The notes: a model not told the origin generated them from the sequence alone. Positions 18,677 to 26,031 are shown, counted from the stretch's first letter. The stretch: DNA of 33,874 nucleotides from Nitrosotalea sp. (GCA_050749285.1 JBOGQX010000030.1:1-33874), one strand, 5' to 3'. A program made the numbers and translations.

Positions 18677-19468
18677 ATGTTAATGATGCGCAGCCATCTA
18701 CGCGTGCATGTTGTGCCAGTTGGATTTGAAGTGAAGAGGGTAACTGAGCCCGTTCTGCAACTCAAAGGTGACCGGGTTTATCTTATATCATTAAAAGAGG
18801 ATGACAAGGCAGCAGAACACGTTAAGAAAATCAAAAAGGCTCTTACAAGTAAGCAGATCGACGTTAAGGTAGAGTACACTGATATCTGGAACATCATGGC
18901 ATGTATGGAAAAATTTCGGGAAATAGTGACACGCGAGAGAGAGAATCAGATATACTTCAACGTGTCAACTGGAAGTACTCTTGCATCCATAGCTGCAATG
19001 CTTACATGTATGATTTGGAAATGTGGAGCTTATTACGCCAAGCTAAAATATGACGAAAAAAAGAAACAAGAAGAATTTGACGAAAATGATGTTGAAGATG
19101 TTTTGGCAATACCAGTTTACAAAATTCTCCGTCCAGAAGATAGGCATCTGTTAATCTTGGGAATCATAAAGGACAAGGGCCAAAAAATAAGGAAAAAAGA
19201 TCTCATCGGAAAGTTAAATGAACTCAAGATAATTCATCCCGTGATGGGGAAAAAACTCTCCATCCATGCAGAACATAGCCAGCTTAATGCAATGTTAAAA
19301 CCACTTGTTGATGAACATTATGTAGAAGTTCAGTCAAGAGGAAGAAGTAGCATTGTCATATTGACGCAGCAGGGAGAAAATGCGCTAAAAATATTTGGTG
19401 AAGGTGCTACGCTAAAGGAAGGATCAGAATTTATTACCGAATTAGAAGATGTTGAATTAGAAGAATAG
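18677..19468 (+). CDS. Csa3-like transcriptional regulator: CARF-like Rossmann domain + C-terminal winged HTH (HFX_2341/DUF6293-like)
   Basis: The N-terminal strand VHVVPVGFE and the later FNVSTGSTLASIAAML parallel the Csa3 YFVTMGFNE and DLTMGMR elements. The C-terminus has a wHTH-like IRKKDLIGKL...LKPLVDEHYVEVQSRGRSSIVILTQQG. TATA spacing suggests the true start may be ATG 18683 or 18686. Confidence 0.6.
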   Translation: MLMMRSHLRVHVVPVGFEVKRVTEPVLQLKGDRVYLISLKEDDKAAEHVKKIKKALTSKQIDVKVEYTDIWNIMACMEKFREIVTRERENQIYFNVSTGSTLASIAAMLTCMIWKCGAYYAKLKYDEKKKQEEFDENDVEDVLAIPVYKILRPEDRHLLILGIIKDKGQKIRKKDLIGKLNELKIIHPVMGKKLSIHAEHSQLNAMLKPLVDEHYVEVQSRGRSSIVILTQQGENALKIFGEGATLKEGSEFITELEDVELEE

Positions 19469-19499
19469 ATTATTTTTCGTTCATTTCCCTTTTTTGGTC

Positions 19500-19805
19500 T
19501 TATACATCACAAACTCTTCTATGAAACTCGGCCCCGTTTCGTCTTGCCCACATTCTCAACACGTGATGTTGATCTGAATCTTTTTCAACTGAATCTGGCG
19601 TTTCAAATTCTATTACCTGCATCCTTCTTCCTTTTTTAGCAATTATGTCAGGCCTTCTGCAATCTCCGTCCACGCATAATGTTTTAGGCTTAGGATAACC
19701 TGGAATATCTGCCCATACCTTGTAACCCCAAGAAGCCAACTGTCCTGCACTTCTTGCCACTGCATGATTATGGCATGTTTGTCCATAGTGAGAGCGTTTT
19801 GCCAT
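19500..19805 (-). CDS. small hypothetical protein, possible PD-(D/E)xK (Hjc/YraN-like) nuclease fold
   Basis: 101-aa ORF. Helix-then-strand pattern AVARSAGQLASWGYKVW, then RPDIIAKKGRRMQVIEFET (D...ExE in place of D...ExK). My hand count gives about 43% G+C for 19501-19800, above the neighbouring lines. Confidence 0.4.
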   Translation of the reverse strand: MAKRSHYGQTCHNHAVARSAGQLASWGYKVWADIPGYPKPKTLCVDGDCRRPDIIAKKGRRMQVIEFETPDSVEKDSDQHHVLRMWARRNGAEFHRRVCDV

Positions 19806-19891
19806 TTAGGATCAGATCGGTGTTAATGTTTTAAAAACTTGGTTATAGTATAATCAGAAAATGTATACGTAATCAGCACATCAAACCTTTC

Positions 19892-20017
19892 ATGGCTTTA
19901 CTCGGAGTCCAATTTATCATAATTACACATGATTCTGAAATATTTGAAAATTCTAATGTTGACACAATATACAATTTTGAGGCAACGTCTGAAGGAACAA
20001 AGGTAACACCGCTCTAA
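19892..20017 (+). pseudogene. 41-codon ORF resembling the extreme C-terminus (H-loop region) of a Rad50/SMC/ABC-type ATPase; probable gene relic
   Basis: My translation is MALLGVQFIIITHDSEIFENSNVDTIYNFEATSEGTKVTPL*. Compare this window's Rad50 tail QMFLITHTDLDYGDYNSIVVNQTENGKRQVEY. No Walker B or signature motif lies upstream, and a stop sits at 19847-19849. Confidence 0.35.
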
Positions 20018-20502
20018 CCACCGGTCAGCTTGGCAAATCTCTCATTTTTGCTTAATTTTTCCATAAATTGCAAGTTAGAAAGAGCAACAACTGCAGATTC
20101 CCGTACTGGCTCGCTTGAGTCTCCAAGAGCTCCTTGTAGCGTTTCTTTTGCTTCTTGAGAACCTATCACTCCTAGTGCAATAGCAGCTTCATGTCTTACA
20201 AAGAAGCTAGGATCATTTCTGACTGCATCTTCAAGTGATTTTATTCCACTGCGGTAGCACATCTGACCAAGTGAAAATGCTGCTTCATGTCTAACAAGCT
20301 CGTTTGAATCATTTTTTAAAACACTTGCAACATGTGGGACCATTTCTTCTCCTCCAAAATCTACCAGAATACATACCGCTCTTGTCCTTATGACAAAGTC
20401 TTTGTGATCTAAGAGATGAATAAAATATTCTTTGTCTTTTTTTTCATAACGTTCCTCCATTTCTCCAAGAAGTTCTAGACGATCCGTAGGAATAACTTCC
20501 AT
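20014..20502 (-). CDS. 4-repeat HEAT (PBS-lyase HEAT-like) protein with two His-Glu motifs, deoxyhypusine-hydroxylase-like half molecule
   Basis: The repeats carry VIRTRAVCIL, VRHEAAFSLGQM, VRHEAAIALGVIG and VRESAVVALSNL. I prefer the ATG at 20502; the track uses the GTG at 20508. Confidence 0.8.
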   Translation of the reverse strand: MEVIPTDRLELLGEMEERYEKKDKEYFIHLLDHKDFVIRTRAVCILVDFGGEEMVPHVASVLKNDSNELVRHEAAFSLGQMCYRSGIKSLEDAVRNDPSFFVRHEAAIALGVIGSQEAKETLQGALGDSSEPVRESAVVALSNLQFMEKLSKNERFAKLTGG

Positions 20503-20541
20503 GCACACAATTTTATAAGCGAGTATTTATTCATTGACTAA
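20503..20541. promoter_or_regulatory. 39-bp divergent intergenic region with two back-to-back TATA-like boxes
   Basis: ttttataa (20511-20518) is centred about 28 nt before ATG 20542. tatttatt (20524-20531), read as aataaata on the minus strand, lies about 22-29 nt before ATG 20502. This spacing fits leaderless transcripts on both sides. Confidence 0.35.
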
Positions 20542-21000
20542 ATGAGTCGATTACGATATTGGAAGTTAACAGTAGAGGATCTCAGGAAAGCGCAGTATGA
20601 TCCAAAAAAGGTTTTGATTTGGGAAATAAAATGCACAAAAGATGAACAAGGTACACATTTTGGAGTTTTCTGTTACAGAAACGGTACGCCGTGGGACTAT
20701 ACCTCAGTTCACGGAGTTGTCTTTTATCATAACCAGATAACTCAAGAAGAAGTAGATAAAATAACAAAATTTCTAAAAGACAAGTTTGGCGGAGAACCTG
20801 TAGAAAAGAGCAGCAGGATATTTCTAAAGAATTCAAGAGAGATATACCAACCAAAGGAGATAGCAGACCTTGCGGTACAACTTGGAGACACCTTTGAAGG
20901 AAGTACAGAATTGACTGTGGAATTGGAAAACTTTAGTGTGCCTGAGCAGGAACAAAGCAACTTGCCTTCAAGCAAGATCCTGCCAGTCCCAGGCAAGTAA
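20542..21000 (+). CDS. hypothetical protein
   Basis: 152-aa ORF with good TATA spacing. No family recognised. Confidence 0.5.
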   Translation: MSRLRYWKLTVEDLRKAQYDPKKVLIWEIKCTKDEQGTHFGVFCYRNGTPWDYTSVHGVVFYHNQITQEEVDKITKFLKDKFGGEPVEKSSRIFLKNSREIYQPKEIADLAVQLGDTFEGSTELTVELENFSVPEQEQSNLPSSKILPVPGK

Positions 21001-21086
21001 TCAGATACAAGTATCAAAAATTTGATTTGTCTGTTACAAAAAGTTACTGACATTATCTTATCTTCCCTACCTGTTAATTGTATTTA

Positions 21087-21159
21087 GAAACCGTGGGCTT
21101 TTTAGTACCAAGTCGAGTCCAGACCAATCGCTCTCATTCCCTCGACTTACCCACGTTTC
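21087..21159. other. 73-nt G+C-rich nested hairpin in the intergenic region upstream of tatC (candidate small RNA or regulatory structure)
   Basis: The outer stem pairs gaaa(c)cgtggg with cccacgtttc, 10 bp with one bulged C. The inner stem pairs aagtcgag with ctcgactt, 8 bp around a 23-nt loop. Strand is undetermined. Confidence 0.3.
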
Positions 21160-21223
21160 AACTTAAAAAATTACTTGCCAAAAGAGAGAATTAATATGGT
21201 TTTGACTAGATTTTATATTACCA

Positions 21224-22021
21224 ATGGCGAAGGAAATGACCTTCATGGAACACTTGAATGAGCTAAGAAAGCGAGTGTTCAAGATGGCAATTGCAGTTGG
21301 TATCGTTACCTTTTTCATTCTTGTATTTCATTTGACACCCTTTGCTTACAATGGAATTCATCTTTACTACCCAACATTTAGTCCCTTCAATAACATTGCA
21401 GCCCAACTTACTGTAGTCATGAAGCATCAACTTCTTCCTCCTTCTGTACAACTGATTCAAACTGCACCAGGCCAGGCATTCTTTGCTCAGTTCTACGTGG
21501 CAGTTTTGTTTGGAATTGTATTAGGCATGCCAGTTATTATAAAGGAGTTTATGGGATTTCTTTCCCCAGCTCTTCACAAAAAGGAAATTCGGATAATAAG
21601 ATCTATAACCATTCCAGCTATCGCACTCTTCATTGCAGGTTGTCTATTTTCCTATTTTGTAGTGACACCATTCATGTTAGAGTTTCTTTACAAATACGGA
21701 CAATCTGCCGGTCTTCTTACCTTTCTTAATATAGTAGATTTCATCAATTTTGTATTACAGTTTTTACTGGCCTTTGGAATATCATTTCAGCTGCCGCTCA
21801 TAATGTATGCAATTACTGTATCTGGAATGATAGATGAAAAGTTTTGGAGAAAGAACATAAAATGGGCCATAATTGCGATTGTGATCTTGGGTGCTGCAAT
21901 AACACCAGATGGCAGTGGCGTTACCATGTGGTTTGTCGCAGGACCCCTCATAGGATTATACCTCATTGGAATGGTATTATCAGAAAGACACGCAAATCAG
22001 ATTGCAACACTTAAATCTTGA
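21224..22021 (+). CDS. tatC: twin-arginine translocase subunit TatC
   Basis: N-terminal MEHLNELRKR, a roughly six-TM profile and typical TatC length. Confidence 0.9.
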   Translation: MAKEMTFMEHLNELRKRVFKMAIAVGIVTFFILVFHLTPFAYNGIHLYYPTFSPFNNIAAQLTVVMKHQLLPPSVQLIQTAPGQAFFAQFYVAVLFGIVLGMPVIIKEFMGFLSPALHKKEIRIIRSITIPAIALFIAGCLFSYFVVTPFMLEFLYKYGQSAGLLTFLNIVDFINFVLQFLLAFGISFQLPLIMYAITVSGMIDEKFWRKNIKWAIIAIVILGAAITPDGSGVTMWFVAGPLIGLYLIGMVLSERHANQIATLKS

Positions 22022-22042
22022 TCTGCCGAATTAAGAGCACGC

Positions 22043-22219
22043 ATGGCATATGAGAATGTGATAATCATAGTCGTAGTCATTGCGATATTGATTTTTGGAG
22101 TCAAAAAGATCCCAGAACTAGCGAGGACATTTGGCAAAGCAAAAGGCGAGTTTGAGAAAGGCAGAATAGAATCTGAAAAAGAGCTAAAAGAGTTCAAAGA
22201 CAAAGAAGACCTCAAGTAA
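22043..22219 (+). CDS. tatA: twin-arginine translocase subunit TatA/E (58 aa, absent from ORF track)
   Basis: My translation is MAYENVIIIVVVIAILIFGVKKIPELARTFGKAKGEFEKGRIESEKELKEFKDKEDLK*. It has a TM helix, an FG hinge and an amphipathic helix, and starts 21 nt after the tatC stop. Confidence 0.8.
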   Translation: MAYENVIIIVVVIAILIFGVKKIPELARTFGKAKGEFEKGRIESEKELKEFKDKEDLK

Positions 22220-22255
22220 AGAACGCTTTTTTTACCCAAATAAAATAGATAGCGC

Positions 22256-23347
22256 ATGATAAAAAGATCAGATATACAAGAAATAGTCGGAGAGTATTCT
22301 GATCTTACTGTTGGTACTCTCGGTAGTCATTCTGCGCTTGAGATAATGGATGGGGCAAAAGATGAGAATCTACAGACACTAGTAGTTTGCCAAAAGGGAA
22401 GGGAAAAACCTTACAAAAGATTTGCAAGATTATCAGATGAAATTATTATAGTAAATAAATTCAAAGACATGCTGTCATCCAAAATCCAGTCAAGATTACG
22501 TGCCGCGGATACCATAATCATACCGCATAGAGCACTAACGGCATATCTTGGGTATGACGCTGTAGAAAATAAGTTCAGAATACCATTGTTTGGAAACCGT
22601 ACACTATTCCAAGCTGAGGAGCGCTCTAACAGAAAAAACCAATACTATCTACTTGAAAAAGCAAAGATTAGACACCCTAAACTTTTCAAAAATTCAAAGG
22701 ATATAGACAGACCAGTCATAGTAAAAGTTCAAGAAAAATCCCGCAAGTTGGAAAGGGCTTTCTTTAGCGTATCATCGCATTCAGATTACAAAGACAAGAC
22801 AGAGACCAAGATAAGACAAGGTCTCATCTCAAGGGATGCGCTAAAGGTTGCAAGTATTGAAGAATTCGTGGTGGGCACTTACTTTAACTTCAATTATTTC
22901 CATACCCCAATTTCAGAAGAGGTTGATTTTCTAGGAATAGAGAGGCGATTACAGACAAATCTTCATGATTTTGTTTCATTACCAGCTAGACAACAATTAG
23001 AGACCAATATAGAATTACAAAATATTGAGGTGGGTCACACGCCTGCCAGCATACGAGAATCGCTATTAGAAAAAGTCATAGAAGCAGGAGACAAGTTCGT
23101 AGATGCTGTAAAGAAGGAATATCCACCTGGAATCATTGGACCCTTTTCACTACAAAGTGTAATTACAAAAGACTTGGAGATAGTAGTGTACGATGTTTCT
23201 TTGAGAGTACCGGGAAATCCCATCCTTGCAACAACCAGTCCATATACAAAGTACAAGTATGGAACAATTTTTGGAGTTGGTCGAAGAATTGCAATGGAAC
23301 TCAAACGAGCTCAGCTTGAAGGAAAGTTGAAAGAGATAGTAACCTAG
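22256..23347 (+). CDS. purP: 5-formaminoimidazole-4-carboxamide ribonucleotide (FAICAR) synthetase, ATP-grasp
   Basis: N-terminal VGTLGSHSALEIMDGAKDE plus archaeal PurP length and architecture. Confidence 0.85.
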   Translation: MIKRSDIQEIVGEYSDLTVGTLGSHSALEIMDGAKDENLQTLVVCQKGREKPYKRFARLSDEIIIVNKFKDMLSSKIQSRLRAADTIIIPHRALTAYLGYDAVENKFRIPLFGNRTLFQAEERSNRKNQYYLLEKAKIRHPKLFKNSKDIDRPVIVKVQEKSRKLERAFFSVSSHSDYKDKTETKIRQGLISRDALKVASIEEFVVGTYFNFNYFHTPISEEVDFLGIERRLQTNLHDFVSLPARQQLETNIELQNIEVGHTPASIRESLLEKVIEAGDKFVDAVKKEYPPGIIGPFSLQSVITKDLEIVVYDVSLRVPGNPILATTSPYTKYKYGTIFGVGRRIAMELKRAQLEGKLKEIVT

Positions 23348-23769
23348 GCTTCCATCTTCTCTTTTAGCAAAGTCTTTCTTACAAGTATCGGTATGTTGTA
23401 AAAAGATGCAAGTGCTATTGCATCTGACGCCCTATAGTTACGCATTACAAAATCAGTTTTGCCTGTAAAATAGAGATTTGCGCGCAGTACACTTCCACTT
23501 TCATACACTTTAATCCTAACAAGAACTAGTTCGTTGAGTTCTGATATCTCCTCAATCATATTGTATATTGTTGGTATAGTATCACGCTCTCCGTCTATGA
23601 AATTAGTTATGTGTCGGGCAACCTCACCTGAGAAGGCTCTCATGTGAAATTCCTTCCCGTCATCTGATCGTAGTATTACTAATCCTTCTACACCGTAAGG
23701 ATCCACAAAACCTACGTATGTGATTTTTGTCTCGACATAATCAGAGTCTTGTGGTTCGTCTATTTTCAC
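23344..23769 (-). CDS. bifunctional nuclease family protein (DUF151/BFN)
   Basis: 141-aa ORF. V.LRSDDGKEFHM, the IY..I..... region and DAIALASFYNIPILV fit DUF151 as I recall it. Confidence 0.65.
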   Translation of the reverse strand: MKIDEPQDSDYVETKITYVGFVDPYGVEGLVILRSDDGKEFHMRAFSGEVARHITNFIDGERDTIPTIYNMIEEISELNELVLVRIKVYESGSVLRANLYFTGKTDFVMRNYRASDAIALASFYNIPILVRKTLLKEKMEA

Positions 23770-23852
23770 GACTAATCTCTATGAGTGCCTATTGCAGATA
23801 AATACTTTGAAAAAAAGAGATAGAATTTAATGTCAGCAAGATCGGTTTTTAT

Positions 23853-24698
23853 TTGTTGGAAAAACAAGCCACAGTCCACCGCTCGCATCGAGTGCTGATT
23901 ATTGTTGGTTTTCTAGCTATTGCCGTTTCATTTCTTGCCTATGCGAGAAATGAAGATCTTACTGTAACTCCAGCAGCTATGCCCGCACTTCAAAGATTGG
24001 CAATAGCAACTTATGTTATACTTTTCGTTTCATTTGGTGGAATAGGATGGGGTTTGTACAAGTTTTATAAAACCAAGGTTTCTATTCAGGATTCTTCTAT
24101 CTCTTCAATTATTTCTAATGCAATCAACAACAAAAGAGCAAAACAAATCTTTGTGGCAAGTGCAATTGGATATGGAATATTCTTTGCCTTGACATCAGGA
24201 ATAATACTTTACAAGCCAGACATCAATGCAACTGATTATGGATTTCCAAAACCACCGCATATAGAGCTGTCACCATGTTGTGATCTGCCGGGTTACATGC
24301 CAATGATCTTTGCATTTTTCACTGAACATGTAGGATTACAGATAGTTCCACTGAATCTGGTTCTTGCAGTAACGGTGTCATTTCTAGTTGGTCTAAATTT
24401 TGCCTTGTCATCTACAACATTTGCATTAGCAAAAAGTGGGAGAAAAATGGGTGCGTTTGGTGCTGTAACTGGCCTCTTTGTTGGATGTCCAACATGTGCA
24501 GGTACTGCCTTTATGATGCTTTTTGGCCTGGGAACAAGTACAACTGGTATAACGTTGTTCTTGACAAGCTTTGAGGCTCAGCTTCAGACTATATTTATCG
24601 CAGTATCAATTCCCATTTTGCTTATAACTCCAATTATAATGGCAAGAAAGATTGGCAAGTCTCAAAATGGAAGCTGTACGCTAGACTCTAAACAATAG
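23853..24698 (+). CDS. polytopic membrane protein with SPCCDLPGY and VGCPTCAG cysteine motifs
   Basis: 281-aa ORF (TTG start) with about 7-8 hydrophobic segments. No family recognised. Confidence 0.6.
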   Translation: MLEKQATVHRSHRVLIIVGFLAIAVSFLAYARNEDLTVTPAAMPALQRLAIATYVILFVSFGGIGWGLYKFYKTKVSIQDSSISSIISNAINNKRAKQIFVASAIGYGIFFALTSGIILYKPDINATDYGFPKPPHIELSPCCDLPGYMPMIFAFFTEHVGLQIVPLNLVLAVTVSFLVGLNFALSSTTFALAKSGRKMGAFGAVTGLFVGCPTCAGTAFMMLFGLGTSTTGITLFLTSFEAQLQTIFIAVSIPILLITPIIMARKIGKSQNGSCTLDSKQ

Positions 24699-24942
24699 TT
24701 TTGATAACTTTTGGGGTCTTCCAATCACCAATGTTGAAACCATCTCGTCTGAGATATTTTAGAGTAAGCTTGTAAACCAATTCATCGTGATCAACAGCAT
24801 TCAAAATCTCGGCCCAGGATACCATACCTGACTCATTAATTTTTTTGGCAAGTTGAGAAGATATGTTTTCCGCGATTTCCTTGCATTGGTCAAAGGTTTT
24901 TCCATTCTTGTATGCTCGTGTTCGGGCATCACAGGCATCCAT
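24688..24942 (-). CDS. hypothetical protein
   Basis: 84-aa ORF filling the gap between flanking genes. No motif recognised. Confidence 0.4.
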   Translation of the reverse strand: MDACDARTRAYKNGKTFDQCKEIAENISSQLAKKINESGMVSWAEILNAVDHDELVYKLTLKYLRRDGFNIGDWKTPKVIKTIV

Positions 24943-25040
24943 AAATCTTGTAGTGGGCGCTTAAATAAAAAGATCAGTAAAATTAGAATGTATGTTACTT
25001 GTCTTAAAGAGTAAAAATCATATCTTAATAATAACGGATT

Positions 25041-25937
25041 TTGATACCAACAATATTGAAAACAATCAATCCCGTAGCTGTATTACTCTGGACTTTTAGA
25101 CGAAATGAAAACGACGTAGTTAATCTTTATGATACTTTGTCATCCCTCATGCAAATTTCAACAGGTGGAAACATGCTTAATTTTGGATATTGGAATGAAA
25201 GTACTTCAAATCCTCATGATGCGCAAGTATCACTTTGTAACATTACAGGAGAATTGGCAGATCTCAAATCAGCATCTATGGTATTGGATGTTGGTAGTGG
25301 GTTTTCTGAACCAGCACTAATCTGGAAGTCACAGTTTCCGCATATCAATTTACTTTGTGTAAATGTAAATTCGCATCAATTGCAGTTTGGTTCTAGATTG
25401 ATCACAATGACAAACCAAAACTTGGTCCAAAAAGTAAATGGACTTAATCTTACAAATGCAACTGCTACAAAGCTTCCTCTGAAAGACAACTCTGTAGACC
25501 GAGTAATCGCACTAGAATCTGCTCAACACTTTAGACCATTGAATGGATTCATATCAGAAAGCAAAAGGGTGCTAAAAGATGATGGCTCACTCATAATGGC
25601 AATACCAGTAGTCTCAAATGAACTCAGATCTCCTGAAATTTTGAAACTTGGAATTCTCTCCTTTACTTGGTCATCAGAACATTACCAGTATAACGAAATA
25701 GAGAAAATGGTTCTAAAGGAGGGTTTCCAAATAACGGATAAGAATTTCATAGGATCAAATGTTTATGCGCCATTGGCCAATTACTACATAGGAAACAGAG
25801 AATTTCTCAAGGCAAAGATATTAGAGAGATATCCAACAATTGTTGAAAAAATTCTCTTCAAGTCAATGCTAAAGATGAAGGAAGTTTCTCAAAAAGGTAT
25901 TATCGATTATGTTCTTCTTAGATGTGTCGCAGAATAG
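25041..25937 (+). CDS. class I SAM-dependent methyltransferase
   Basis: Motif I VLDVGSGFSEP, a post-I acidic residue and DRVIALESAQHF (motif II/III region). The start codon is uncertain (TTG at 25041). Confidence 0.8.
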   Translation: MIPTILKTINPVAVLLWTFRRNENDVVNLYDTLSSLMQISTGGNMLNFGYWNESTSNPHDAQVSLCNITGELADLKSASMVLDVGSGFSEPALIWKSQFPHINLLCVNVNSHQLQFGSRLITMTNQNLVQKVNGLNLTNATATKLPLKDNSVDRVIALESAQHFRPLNGFISESKRVLKDDGSLIMAIPVVSNELRSPEILKLGILSFTWSSEHYQYNEIEKMVLKEGFQITDKNFIGSNVYAPLANYYIGNREFLKAKILERYPTIVEKILFKSMLKMKEVSQKGIIDYVLLRCVAE

Positions 25938-26001
25938 ATAGAAAAGCCTTATTTTATCGATTAGACATAATGGAATCATATCCATACCAGTAGTCTGGTC
26001 C

Positions 26002-26031
26002 TCTCTGCGTAGAGTAAATTCTACGCAGAGA
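26002..26031. repeat. perfect 11-bp inverted repeat (tctctgcgtag / ctacgcagaga) with an 8-nt loop
   Basis: Read directly. It lies 65 nt downstream of the methyltransferase stop and about 115 nt upstream of the C2H2 gene start. Confidence 0.6.

Noticed and set aside
18400-18765. 121-aa minus-strand ORF, or its 78-aa version starting at ATG 18636, upstream of nurA. Considered as a possible fifth operon gene.
   Set aside because: The long form overlaps the Csa3-like gene start and both promoters. The short form has no motif, would sit on the predicted nurA promoter and palindrome, and has an odd sequence (HHHYQNMVLL end). It remains a low-probability possibility only.
21087-21159. Tested whether the 73-nt hairpin is a tRNA, given its tRNA-like length.
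   Set aside because: On either strand there is no cloverleaf, the acceptor-stem pairing fails after 5 bp, and there is no GTTCRANYC T-loop or D-arm. It is kept only as an unclassified structure.
21997-22257. 86-aa minus-strand ORF.
   Set aside because: It occupies the same DNA as the convincing plus-strand tatA gene and has no features of its own.
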